Translations under genes and position numbers: made by a program
Shown: positions 1-9,321 of the stretch, piece after piece
Layout of the letters: every line of letters begins with the position of its first letter
Position numbering within the stretch: position 1 is the first letter of the stretch
From: Bacilli bacterium
GTDB lineage: Bacteria; Bacillota_I; Bacilli_A; RFN20; CAG-826
Assembly: GCA_017442875.1 (NCBI GenBank)
Contig: JAFSPN010000046.1
Coordinates: 723-64,722, forward strand
Direction: 5' to 3'
Length of the DNA: 64,000 nt
Notes under the pieces: model-generated
The model's input: only the letters and a program-made list of their open reading frames with translations
The model's database searches: none
What the model was told of the DNA's origin: nothing

Positions 1-52
1 AGGCAATATCCTTAGCCTCGTTATAACATGGAATAACAATGCTTAATTTCAT
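1..52 (-). CDS. glycosyltransferase family 2, N-terminal 17 codons only (gene continues beyond window edge)
   Basis: The reverse strand from 52 reads MKLSIVIPCYNEAKDIA, the typical GT2 N-terminal beta-strand plus P-x-YN-E signature. The fragment is truncated by the window edge and very short. Confidence 0.45.
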   Translation of the reverse strand, partial: MKLSIVIPCYNEAKDIA

Positions 53-130
53 GCCTATTATTCTACAATAAGCTCATATATTATTAAAAGTGAATTATGT
101 TATAATTAGCAAGATAAGTGAGGATTGTTT

Positions 131-574
131 ATGAATTTAATAAAAGTCAAAGAGCAACTTCTTTCGATGGCTAGACAAATTCGCTTACAAGTTGAGGAAG
201 AAACAAAAGAAAAATTAACTCTTCACGCCTACTTAACAGCGAATAATTATTTTAAAAATTCTATTTACTTCAGAATTGTTGTTTTCGCTAGTGGCACACT
301 CCATGTCTTCTTCACTTTTGACGAAGTTGAGAGAACTTATGATAACTTATATATCATTAATACCTTTAACGCTGAAAACCCATGGTTTAGAGCGTACATT
401 GGTAATATCAACGGAAGTGATTTCTTAGAACTCCACTACACTTCTTTATCAATGGAAAAAGAAAATGAAGTGACTGATACTGTTGGTTATTTATTAAACG
501 AAATCCTTGAAGAAGATAATGTTAAATATATCAATTCCATTTTAAATAATAATGAAAAGCTCCAGAGCTATTAA
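131..574 (+). CDS. hypothetical cytoplasmic protein (147 aa)
   Basis: Open frame with no TM segment or signal peptide. The track start at 125 is TTG; ATG at 131 follows GTGAGGA (SD-like). The 3' end overlaps the next gene by 23 nt. I recognise no family with confidence. Confidence 0.5.
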   Translation: MNLIKVKEQLLSMARQIRLQVEEETKEKLTLHAYLTANNYFKNSIYFRIVVFASGTLHVFFTFDEVERTYDNLYIINTFNAENPWFRAYIGNINGSDFLELHYTSLSMEKENEVTDTVGYLLNEILEEDNVKYINSILNNNEKLQSY

Positions 575-1244
575 AAAAGGCGAAGAAGGCGAAAACCTCA
601 TCGCTGAAATATTAGATAAAGATACTTCTTATCATCGTCTTATCAATAACCTCGTCCTTCTAGGGGATAATGGTGTTTCGCATCAAATTGATCATATATT
701 AATTAGATCAAACGGTGTTTTTGTTATTGAAACAAAAAATTACTATGGTCTAATTTCTGGTAAGGAAGATGATTCCTTCTGGACAAGAAGTTATTTTGTT
801 AAAGGTAAGGTTAAGAAAGCCACTTTTCATAATCCATTAAAGCAAAACCAATCTCACATAAGAGCGATAAAGAAAATCATTGGTAAAGACTATCCAATCT
901 ATTGTTTCGTTGTCTTTGTGCAAAACAATTCTGTCTCGCTCGATTTTTTTAACGCCTGTGACGCGCGCAATTTACTTCAAAGAATAAATTTATTAACGAG
1001 TGAAAAAGAGCTCTCTAATGGCGAAATAGAGGCTATTAATGGGTTATTGCTCGCAAAAGAAGCTTACCTAAACACCGAAAGTCACGTTAACAACATTAAA
1101 AACGCAGAAAAGAGTAGGAAAGCCGCTCAAAAAGAAATAAGGGCAGCGATTGAAAAGAAGATCTGTCCGAAATGTGGAAGTTCGTTAGTTCTAAGCAATA
1201 ATGAACTCAAGTGTCTTAAGTGCTCATATAAAATTAAATTCTAA
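552..1244 (+). CDS. NERD-domain (nuclease-related) protein with C-terminal C4 zinc ribbon
   Basis: NERD-like N-terminus: GEEGENLIAEIL...HQIDHILIRSNGVFVIETKNYYG. The C-terminus has CPKCGS...14 aa...CLKCS, a Cys4 ribbon. Confidence 0.75.
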   Translation: MKSSRAIKKGEEGENLIAEILDKDTSYHRLINNLVLLGDNGVSHQIDHILIRSNGVFVIETKNYYGLISGKEDDSFWTRSYFVKGKVKKATFHNPLKQNQSHIRAIKKIIGKDYPIYCFVVFVQNNSVSLDFFNACDARNLLQRINLLTSEKELSNGEIEAINGLLLAKEAYLNTESHVNNIKNAEKSRKAAQKEIRAAIEKKICPKCGSSLVLSNNELKCLKCSYKIKF

Positions 1245-1252
1245 TAATAAAA

Positions 1253-1286
1253 GGAGAAGCCCTATAAGGAACTTCTCCATTTTTAT
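1253..1286. terminator. bidirectional rho-independent terminator between convergent genes
   Basis: GGAGAAG (1253-1259) pairs with CTTCTCC (1272-1278), followed by ATTTTTAT. It lies between the stop at 1244 (+) and the stop at 1298 (-). Confidence 0.7.
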
Positions 1287-1297
1287 ATGAATAGTAA

Positions 1298-4279
1298 CTA
1301 TTCTTGTTTTTCCGCTGGTTCAGCGTTAGCTTGTTCCGCTTTTGCGGCGGCTTGTCTCTTTTGCTTTGGCCATAAACCTAAAGCGGCAAAGATAACGCAG
1401 AATCCCCAAACAAGGAAGCCCGCACCGATGACACCTTCGCCAATGTAAACGAGTTCACGCCAGAGTGGGAGTTTATAACCAATAATCTTTTGGTTAACAG
1501 CGTTACTATTTGCAAGAGCATAAAGAGTATTATGCGCTGCACGTCTTAAGACAAAGCAATCTTCGTCTTCGTTGACACTAGCATTCCAATACTTAGTACC
1601 AGTGAGGTTTAAGTCGCCACCGGCATAAGCCATGATCTTGTTATTCATATAATCATCGGTATGGAAGTCACAAATAACAGTGCCTCTGAATCCCCATTCG
1701 TCACGAAGGATCGTTGTAAGGAGTGGATAAGAACCACCGCACCAACGTCTACCAACACGAGTGAAGGAAGACATTAAACCTCTACTCTTACCTTCTTTAA
1801 TGGCAATTTCGAATGGTTTGAGATAAAGTTCACGAACAACTTGTTCTCTAACCCAGTAGTTTTGACCATTTTTGGAACGGTGTGTTTCTTGTTCGTTAAG
1901 CGCAAAGTGCTTAATTGTGGTATAGACACCTTTTTCTTGTGATTTTTCAATCACTCGAGCAGCCATTTTACCAGAAATGAATGGATCTTCTGAATAGTAT
2001 TCAGTATTACGGCCAGAGAATGGTGAACGGTGTAAGTTGACACCTGGTGAATACCAACCAGTATATGGTAAGCTACTGCCACCAAGACGTTGGTCACCAA
2101 GTAAAGCTTCATTACCAACAGCATTTCCTTGTTCTTCAGCTAATTTAAGATTGAAAGTTTGAGCCACTAAGCATTCTGAGCAGTAATAGCATGTGCCATA
2201 CACTTCAGGAGTACCCATAAAGGCCACTAAGCCTGTAGGACCATCAACAGAAATTGTTTTTGGAATGCCTAAGCGTTGTATTCTTTCAGTTGAATACATA
2301 CCTTTGTTAAAGAGATCTAACATTTCTTGGAATGTCATTTGATCAAGGAACTGATTCCATTTTGGATCATTATATTGTAATCCCTTCATATCTTCAAAGA
2401 AGTCGAGAGTCTTAGGAGCACCCATAGTTGGTCTCTTAGTATAATCGTCATCTTCGTCGGTAATTTTGCTATCCAACCTTTCAAAGAATTTGGCATCAAC
2501 AGTTCTATCTTCTCTTGTTGGCATGACAGGCATTGTGCCAGCAAAATCATCACGATTTAATTCTTGTTGTAAGAATTTATTTAAGTAAGTCTTTTCATCA
2601 CTGAATGTTGTATAAAGAACTGGCTCGACTGTATTTTCAGTAACTGGGTCTTCTTCTATTCTTGCCTCAGAAGCGAGGTTTAAAACGATGCTATCTGATT
2701 CTTGGTGAGCGTTTTCGCCCAAATAGAATGTATAGTCGCCTGATTCTAAAATATAGCCATTATAACCATTGCCATTACTTTCATCGTCGAAACTTGCAAA
2801 GTCATATGGCGTAATATCGATAGAAAGTGTTTCTTCTTCTTGCGGATCTAAGATTTCAGTTTTGGCAAAGCCAACAAGAACCTTGTGTGATTTTTGAATC
2901 TTTGTAACGCCTGCTTCGTATGGCGCGGAAGCGTAGATTTGAACAACCTGTTTGCCAGCTTTTGTGCCAATGTTTTTCACTTTGACATCAATTGTGAAAT
3001 CTTCATCGGCTTCAAAGCTTGTACCTAAATCTGATTTGTTGACAATCTCTTGCTCAAATTCTGTATAGCTCAAGCCATAGCCGAATGGATATAAAACGTG
3101 TTCGTTATACCATTCTTCACCTTCGATATGACCGCGTGTTTCATAATAACGATATCCTAAATAAATACCTTCTTCATAAGCCACAGAATAATATGGCTTG
3201 GTTGGGTTTTTATCACCGAGACCTTGATCTAAAATATAAGCATCACCATAGGTACTAAAATTATCACCAAAGTTTTGCCATGTTGGATCTTGATCATAAT
3301 GGGTATAAATGGTATCTGTTAAGTGACCGCTTGGGTTAACATCGCCGTTTAGAATTCTACCTAATGACATGATACCAGTTGCGCCTGGGCTACCGATTAA
3401 TATAGCAGCGTCAATCTTAGAGTTGTAAGCTGGATCATTAGTCATCTTTAAGAATGCCATATCAATGTTATTTGAACCATTGAACAAGACGATGACGTGA
3501 GCAAAGCCTGCTTCTGGAGAGCAGACGTGTGCTAATAAATCTCTTTCATTTTTGTCTAATTCTAAGTAGTGACGATTTTCGCCAGGACCATTATCAGCGG
3601 CGACACGTGGGAGATCCCAGTTTTCACCAGCGATACGAGAGAAGACAACAATGGCGGCGTCTTTATAATCGGAAGAATATGAGTCTTTGACTTTTGTATC
3701 ATATTTGCTCATTGGTGTTTCACCAGTTTTTAAAACTGGAATAGAATCACCGTGTTCCATGTCTGGGTTACTTGAACGACCGCTTCCAGAACGGCTACTG
3801 CTCTTATAGAATTTTTTGAGTTCAGGGTTGCAGTGGAAACCCGCACCACCTTTACCTTCTAAAGCATCGTAGATTGTCTTGAGAGGGACAGATTGTGTTG
3901 GAGCGGCAGAACCAGAACCACCATAAACTAAATTCACAGAGTTTTTACCAAAAACGGAAACTCTAGAACCTTTTGGTAATGGGAGGGTATTACCTTCGTT
4001 TTTAAGAAGAACCATACCTTCGTCACAAATTTTTTGTGTGACTTTATTACCATTCTCAAGTGCATCTTTTTTGGTTTTAATGCCTTGATCTGGTTTATAA
4101 ATAGCGTGATACGTACTTGGATCAATAATCGCTCTTTCACCGCCTAAAACACCATTAACCAATGAGCCAAATTTGTTAGCTAGGATGTTAACGGTAACGA
4201 TTAATCCGACCAATAGTACAGTAGAAGACAACCAAACGATTGTCTTTTTGTTTTTAATTATCTTTTTGAAATCACTCAT
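1298..4279 (-). CDS. glycoside hydrolase family 3 (beta-glucosidase/xylosidase-like), permuted domain order, TM segments at both termini
   Basis: N-terminal signal-anchor: VWLSSTVLLVGLIVTVNILA. GH3 C-type domain: VSVFGKNSVNLVYGGSGS...YPFGYGLSYTEF. Fn3-like domain: DVKVKNIGTKAGKQVVQIY. GH3 catalytic domain near the C-terminus: NLHRSPFSGRNTEYYSEDP, KHFALNEQE, RDEWGFRGTVICDF (nucleophile Asp). C-terminal TM: GVIGAGFLVWGFCVIFAALGLW. Confidence 0.9.
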   Translation of the reverse strand: MSDFKKIIKNKKTIVWLSSTVLLVGLIVTVNILANKFGSLVNGVLGGERAIIDPSTYHAIYKPDQGIKTKKDALENGNKVTQKICDEGMVLLKNEGNTLPLPKGSRVSVFGKNSVNLVYGGSGSAAPTQSVPLKTIYDALEGKGGAGFHCNPELKKFYKSSSRSGSGRSSNPDMEHGDSIPVLKTGETPMSKYDTKVKDSYSSDYKDAAIVVFSRIAGENWDLPRVAADNGPGENRHYLELDKNERDLLAHVCSPEAGFAHVIVLFNGSNNIDMAFLKMTNDPAYNSKIDAAILIGSPGATGIMSLGRILNGDVNPSGHLTDTIYTHYDQDPTWQNFGDNFSTYGDAYILDQGLGDKNPTKPYYSVAYEEGIYLGYRYYETRGHIEGEEWYNEHVLYPFGYGLSYTEFEQEIVNKSDLGTSFEADEDFTIDVKVKNIGTKAGKQVVQIYASAPYEAGVTKIQKSHKVLVGFAKTEILDPQEEETLSIDITPYDFASFDDESNGNGYNGYILESGDYTFYLGENAHQESDSIVLNLASEARIEEDPVTENTVEPVLYTTFSDEKTYLNKFLQQELNRDDFAGTMPVMPTREDRTVDAKFFERLDSKITDEDDDYTKRPTMGAPKTLDFFEDMKGLQYNDPKWNQFLDQMTFQEMLDLFNKGMYSTERIQRLGIPKTISVDGPTGLVAFMGTPEVYGTCYYCSECLVAQTFNLKLAEEQGNAVGNEALLGDQRLGGSSLPYTGWYSPGVNLHRSPFSGRNTEYYSEDPFISGKMAARVIEKSQEKGVYTTIKHFALNEQETHRSKNGQNYWVREQVVRELYLKPFEIAIKEGKSRGLMSSFTRVGRRWCGGSYPLLTTILRDEWGFRGTVICDFHTDDYMNNKIMAYAGGDLNLTGTKYWNASVNEDEDCFVLRRAAHNTLYALANSNAVNQKIIGYKLPLWRELVYIGEGVIGAGFLVWGFCVIFAALGLWPKQKRQAAAKAEQANAEPAEKQE

Positions 4280-4293
4280 AACGAACCACTACC

Positions 4294-5508
4294 TTAGACG
4301 AGAATTTGTGTTCCATCAGCATTTAACCAACTGAGATTGCAGCTTGTTTCGAACGTTAAGCAGTCAATCATTGGAGCGGTAGCAGAGGCTGTACCTAATA
4401 ACATATCACTATTGTCTGTAATCATTTCGACAGTATTTTTGCCCTCCACTAGTGGAACGCTAGCAGTTAATGGGTAGTTAGCAAATTTTTTCCATCCTTT
4501 GCCTTGTTGTGGAATACCAGTGAATGTGATTTTGTTGTAGTTAATTGCTTGACCATTAACTTTTATTGTGTATTTAGAAGAACCGCTTGATCCGTCTGGG
4601 CTAATGCTAAACGAACCATCTTCTTTATATTCTGCGGAAAGACGCATATCAATTTTAGCGGTGCCAGCGGCATTGGAATTGATCTCGAATTTTAGATTGC
4701 AGCCTTTGGCATAAAGGAAGTGGACGAAATGTTCATTAGAAGCATCAGTTTGGCAAGTGCTACTTTCAGCTTGAACCAAGCCTTTGCCTTGTGTACCACC
4801 AGAATAGGTGTTACCATCCATGCCCATACCGCCATTGGCAGCGAGGATTTCACCAGAATATTCTGCTTCAAACCTGAAAACTTTATTAGAACCAGCCGCT
4901 CCCCATTTTGCATAAAGAGTAAGATTATCTGAGAATAAACGAGCAAAGTCATAATATCTCTCGAAACCATTAGCTGGAGTTTCTTTATCTAATACCCAAC
5001 CAAGGAATTGATAACCACTTCTTGTTGGGTCTGCTGGTCTTGCAACCGCCTTCTTTTGGTAGACATCAACTTTAGTAGCTGCAGGAGCACCACTATAATT
5101 TAAATCAAATGTACATTCAAGTTTGCCTAACCAGTGAGCGTAAACTTTGGTATTTTTCTTATTGATTGGTTCTGTGAAATCAAAGAGGCTATCACCATCG
5201 GAGGCGTCATACCAGCCTTCAAACATATAACCATCTCTAACCGGATCTGTCTCTGGTCTAGTGGCATAACTACCTTTTTCAACTTGTTGTTGGACATAAA
5301 TATCAGCGGAACCTGATAAGTAGTTAAGACGGAAATTCACAACTGGACCGTCATATTCGCTAGTGGAATCGCCACCTTGACTGCTTTGGCTTTGGCTAGG
5401 CTGACTTGGTGTTACTGAACCACCTTGTTCATTGCCACCACAGGCAGCCAGACTCATAGAGAGGGCAAGTATGCCAGTTAGAAGCATCTTTTTTGCAATT
5501 CTTTTCAT
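4294..5508 (-). CDS. lipoprotein with two Listeria-Bacteroides (InlB B-type) repeats and a CBM6/35-like carbohydrate-binding domain
   Basis: Lipobox LSMSLAAC. Repeats: DGYMFEGWYD...KVYAHW and SGYQFLGWVLD...LTLYAKW. The C-terminal ~190 aa is a beta-rich lectin-like region (FRFEAEYSGE...MIDCLTFE). It sits 14 nt upstream of the GH3 gene. Confidence 0.65.
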   Translation of the reverse strand: MKRIAKKMLLTGILALSMSLAACGGNEQGGSVTPSQPSQSQSSQGGDSTSEYDGPVVNFRLNYLSGSADIYVQQQVEKGSYATRPETDPVRDGYMFEGWYDASDGDSLFDFTEPINKKNTKVYAHWLGKLECTFDLNYSGAPAATKVDVYQKKAVARPADPTRSGYQFLGWVLDKETPANGFERYYDFARLFSDNLTLYAKWGAAGSNKVFRFEAEYSGEILAANGGMGMDGNTYSGGTQGKGLVQAESSTCQTDASNEHFVHFLYAKGCNLKFEINSNAAGTAKIDMRLSAEYKEDGSFSISPDGSSGSSKYTIKVNGQAINYNKITFTGIPQQGKGWKKFANYPLTASVPLVEGKNTVEMITDNSDMLLGTASATAPMIDCLTFETSCNLSWLNADGTQILV

Positions 5509-5560
5509 AATTAATACCTCATTTCTAAAATTACAACTGTTGTTTTTGTTTTATGGAGAA

Positions 5561-5589
5561 GGCTCCTGTGAGCGGAACCCATAGGAGCC
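5561..5589 (-). terminator. hairpin downstream of GH3 gene (weak terminator or attenuator)
   Basis: GGCTCCT...AGGAGCC inverted repeat between the stop at 5627 and the next start at 5508. The trailing T-run is poor. Confidence 0.35.
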
Positions 5590-5626
5590 AAATACAATTA
5601 TTAATGCAATTAGAAGCTAGAAAGAA

Positions 5627-8600
5627 CTAGTCTTCTTTTTTACTGCGGAGACAATTAACAGCAAGGAGTCCAGCAAGAGCAATACCTAAGGCCGATGAGA
5701 GACCAACAATGCCCATTGTACCGTTGCAACCGCCGGCGCAACCTTTTTGTTCATTATTGTTAGGTAAAATGTTGAATTCAATAATTCTACCGGTAACTTC
5801 GGTCTTTGCTTCTCCGTTATCATCTTCATATTCGTTTGTCAAAAGAATATTTACTCTCTTGAGACAATCTTTCTTTGGCGTACCAGAGATGGTGTTGTTT
5901 TCGAAAGATAAGCCTTCTGGGAGTGGTGTTGCTGGGTCGATTGATAATTCACCTTCAGCTTCTTCGTCGAGCTCAATTGTCGTGCTGAATTTTTGGCCAA
6001 CTCTTAATTTGAATGATTCTTTTTCGACGAGAATGTGCTCGTTTGAAAGTGTGAGTTGCTTTGCTTCGTTATCAAACGCACCACTATTACCTGTCATCCA
6101 AAGGGATTCTTTGGCGCAGTTTCTCACAGCATACCACCAAGAATAAGATTCGTATTCTTCGCCATCGAAAGTGAAGATTGGGCAACCTTTTTCATCACTC
6201 CATTTGGCTTGAATATCATTAGTGTATTGGGAATTGTCTAATTGTGAGTTACAACCAGCTAAGCAACGATTGTTGATGTTTTCGTAACAACCACGATCGA
6301 AGGAGTTGTTGCTGTGGTGAGTCATATCCGATAAGACTGCACCTTTGAAACCCCATTCACCACGGAGAACTTCTGTTAATAATGGATAACTAGCAGCTGT
6401 TTCCATGATACCTAAACGGTTATAAGATGACATAACGCCTGAAGCATGACCTTCTTGGAAAACCATTTGGAATGATTTTAAGTAGATTTCACGTAAGGCT
6501 TGTTCACTAACAAATGTGGAAACACCTTCACGGCCTTTTTCTTGGTCGTTGACTGCAAAGTGTTTGAAGTAGCAGTATAAACCTTTTTCAGTAGCAGCAC
6601 CGACAACTGTCGCAGCAATTTTACCCATTAAGAATGGATCGGCTGAATAGTATTCAAAGTTTCTACCACCGAATGGAGAACGGTGAGTGTTAACAGCTGG
6701 GCCAAACCAACCATATGTATTAGATTGGTGACCTTCTGTACCAACCATTGCACCTTGTCTCTTGGCTAAATCAACGTTATATGTAGCAGCAATAATTGGT
6801 TCACCACACCATAACATTTTTTCAAAGATGTTAGGACCATCACTATCACCAGATTGCGCTTTACCAATTCTGTCTAAACCTGGGTTATGGAATGTACCAT
6901 CTTGTACAAATTTTTGTAATTCGGCATAAGTGAATTCATTGAGGAACTCAACCCATTTTGGATCATCCATTGGGATATTAACCATATCTCTTAATTGGAT
7001 ACGTTCATCTTTTGCAAGTTCTTCGCCTTCATTTCTTTGTGACCAGCCTAAAGCTTCAATGTCTTCTTTTGTCTTATGAGCTGCTTTCGGCATATAGTCG
7101 TATGGGTTATCAACAAGCTCTCCATCAGCGTTCTCTACTTGTTCAAATTCGATATCAGCAAGAGTGAATTTGTGATTGAAGAATTCTTCAACACGACTTC
7201 CTTCTTTTAATTTACGATCTTCCATTGATGGTTTTTGTGGGAAAGTACCATCAAAGTCAGCACGGGACATATGTTTGAAATCAACATCGTTTTCACCTGG
7301 TAAGGAATTATAGAAGTTTCTATCGGTGAAGCGGTTTTTAACTTCATTACCTGTGTAACGGTCATATTTATACTGAATGCCTTTTTCTCCAACTTTTAAT
7401 TGTTTCGCTTCATAGAATTCGTGGGCGTTTTTGGCAAGAATTAAAGAATAATCACCGCCATCAAGTTCATAACCTTTGAATTCGTTTTTGTTAGCATCTA
7501 AATAGTCATAGTTAGCAACGTCTTGAAGATAGAAACTTAATTCGACTTCTTCTGACGCTCCAGGAGCGATTTCTTTGGTCTTAGCAAAGGCACAAAGAAC
7601 GTGATCGGCTTTTTCGATTTCGCCAGAAATGTAAGGAGCCTTCCAATATAGTTGGACGCAATCTTTACCAGCGACTTCGCCTACGTTTGAAACTTTAACT
7701 TTCACTTCAATTGTTTTGTTCTTTGCGGAAAGGGTTGCGTTTTCACTAACATTCATCTCAACAATTTCTTGATTAAATGTTGTGTAACTTAAACCATAGC
7801 CAAATGGATAAATAACACCTGTTCCAAGATTATCAGAGACTTCGCCTTTGTACCAAGCTTCAGCTTCAGCTTCGTTTTGTGCTTTCATGTCTTGGTATTT
7901 GGTTTCATAGTAACGATAATCGTAATAAATGCCTTCTTCATATTCGACATAAGCGGCAGGCTTAACACCATTTAAACCGCCTTGAACAACCTTATATTGT
8001 TCGCCAGTAGCTCTACCACCTTCGTATTTGGTTTCATAACGAGGATTACTTTTACTTGTATAGTTTTTGTCTGTACCAATACTAATGACTGGGAGTCCAT
8101 CAGCGTCGAGCATTGAATCGTTTGGCAAGTAGACTTCCTTGCCGTTAACTGTTACTAAGTTTGTTTGAGCATTATCAGAGAAGTTTTGGAACGTTGGATC
8201 TTTCGTAAAATCACGTGCCCAAGTATCAACAGTCCTGCCAGATGGGTTGGTTTTACCGCTTAGGATTTCACCAACAGCGACTGAGCCGTATGTGCCTGGA
8301 GTACCCATCCATAGGACACCACGAATCTTTTCATCGTTTTCAAATTGATCGCATTGGAAAGCGTTACCTGAGTTAATGACAATAATAATTTTGTCGAAGT
8401 ATTCTTTAACCATCGCAAGCATATCTTCTTCATTTTTAGAAAGTTCAAGATAATGTTTGTGTGAAAACGGATCGCTATCAAAGTCTCTAGCGTCACATGT
8501 CTTTTCATCCGCTCCTTCAGTACCACAACGAGCGATGAGAACAATTGCTGCATCGTTGTAATTTGCAAATGAATCTTTAAGAGATTGTGAATAATTAGCG

Positions 8601-9073
8601 ATTGGAGTTTCACCGACTGTGTTGTAACCAGTTCCATCATATTTGGTCGGAGTGGATCTACCACTACCGGATTGGCTGCTTTTGTAAAAAGAAGTGAGAT
8701 TTGGATTCAATTCGTAACCAACTGCTTCTAATGATCCTTGTAAGTCAACATTTCTGCTTCCATCAGGATTGCCTTGTCCAGAACCACCACCGTTGTAAAT
8801 AAGATCGGTACTAGCTTTGCCAAAGACTGAAATCTTCTTGATTGAGCTATTGAATGGAAGTGTGCCGTCATTCTTCAAAAGAGTAAAACCTTCTCTTGCA
8901 ATCTCGCCATTCAATTCTTTCGCGGCGTCCCTATAGCCTTTATCGTCGCTATTGCCAAAATCAGCAATGAATTTGTCGAAGTGACCAGTTAATCTAGCGT
9001 TAGTGCCAACTGCTTGACAAGCAGTAAGAAGGAAACTAGCGGCAACAACAGGCCAAATGAGTTTTTTCTTCAT
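5627..9073 (-). CDS. GH3 glycosidase lipoprotein, permuted domain order, Ig-like (He_PIG-type) domain and Cys-motif C-terminal anchor
   Basis: I place the start at MKKKLIWPVVAASFLLTAC (lipobox), preceded by AAAGGA. The track ORF extends to 9151. GH3 C-type domain: ISVFGKASTDLIYNGGGSG...YPFGYGLSYTTF. Fn3-like domain: VKVSNVGEVAGKDCVQLY. Catalytic domain: NTHRSPFGGRNFEYYSADP, KHFAVNDQE, GEWGFKGAVLSDM. Then LPEGLSFENNTISGTP, and the tail GCAGGCNGT + TM + RSKKED. Confidence 0.9.
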   Translation of the reverse strand: MKKKLIWPVVAASFLLTACQAVGTNARLTGHFDKFIADFGNSDDKGYRDAAKELNGEIAREGFTLLKNDGTLPFNSSIKKISVFGKASTDLIYNGGGSGQGNPDGSRNVDLQGSLEAVGYELNPNLTSFYKSSQSGSGRSTPTKYDGTGYNTVGETPIANYSQSLKDSFANYNDAAIVLIARCGTEGADEKTCDARDFDSDPFSHKHYLELSKNEEDMLAMVKEYFDKIIIVINSGNAFQCDQFENDEKIRGVLWMGTPGTYGSVAVGEILSGKTNPSGRTVDTWARDFTKDPTFQNFSDNAQTNLVTVNGKEVYLPNDSMLDADGLPVISIGTDKNYTSKSNPRYETKYEGGRATGEQYKVVQGGLNGVKPAAYVEYEEGIYYDYRYYETKYQDMKAQNEAEAEAWYKGEVSDNLGTGVIYPFGYGLSYTTFNQEIVEMNVSENATLSAKNKTIEVKVKVSNVGEVAGKDCVQLYWKAPYISGEIEKADHVLCAFAKTKEIAPGASEEVELSFYLQDVANYDYLDANKNEFKGYELDGGDYSLILAKNAHEFYEAKQLKVGEKGIQYKYDRYTGNEVKNRFTDRNFYNSLPGENDVDFKHMSRADFDGTFPQKPSMEDRKLKEGSRVEEFFNHKFTLADIEFEQVENADGELVDNPYDYMPKAAHKTKEDIEALGWSQRNEGEELAKDERIQLRDMVNIPMDDPKWVEFLNEFTYAELQKFVQDGTFHNPGLDRIGKAQSGDSDGPNIFEKMLWCGEPIIAATYNVDLAKRQGAMVGTEGHQSNTYGWFGPAVNTHRSPFGGRNFEYYSADPFLMGKIAATVVGAATEKGLYCYFKHFAVNDQEKGREGVSTFVSEQALREIYLKSFQMVFQEGHASGVMSSYNRLGIMETAASYPLLTEVLRGEWGFKGAVLSDMTHHSNNSFDRGCYENINNRCLAGCNSQLDNSQYTNDIQAKWSDEKGCPIFTFDGEEYESYSWWYAVRNCAKESLWMTGNSGAFDNEAKQLTLSNEHILVEKESFKLRVGQKFSTTIELDEEAEGELSIDPATPLPEGLSFENNTISGTPKKDCLKRVNILLTNEYEDDNGEAKTEVTGRIIEFNILPNNNEQKGCAGGCNGTMGIVGLSSALGIALAGLLAVNCLRSKKED

Positions 9074-9255
9074 AGTTTTTTTCCTTTCATATATAGGTTG
9101 CATACTTTGTCTCGTTTCGAGTACAGTCATTATAAAATTATCCGTATGCAAAATATCTTATACTAACATTCAAAATTATTTACGGTATAAATAATATGAC
9201 AATCTTGTGATTTAATAATTATTTTCTAAAAAATAATAGTTGTCTCTCTATTACA

Positions 9256-9289
9256 ATAAAAAAGGTGATATCCCTATAGGGATACCACC
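9256..9289 (-). terminator. rho-independent terminator of GH3 gene 9322..12702
   Basis: The minus strand reads GGTGGTATCCC-TATA-GGGATATCACC followed by TTTTTTATTG. Confidence 0.75.
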
Positions 9290-9321
9290 ATTGATGTAAT
9301 CATTATTTAGTTTATTATAAA

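Noticed and set aside
5709-6146. 145-aa plus-strand ORF
   Set aside because: It is antisense to the GH3 gene 5627..9073 and has low-complexity composition, no SD and no recognisable motif. The same reasoning applies to 6056..6241, 7207..7392, 8260..8664, 9341..9532, 10508..10804, 11677..12360 and 3934..4140.
9074-9151. N-terminal extensions proposed by the ORF track (here MHTDNFIM...; also 19321-19389, 21146-21172, 43397-43474, 45391-45423, 55529-55567, 58278-58322, 61000-61089)
   Set aside because: In most cases an internal ATG, usually preceded by an SD, begins a canonical signal peptide, lipobox or family N-terminus. The extension would bury the signal peptide or overlap the upstream gene.
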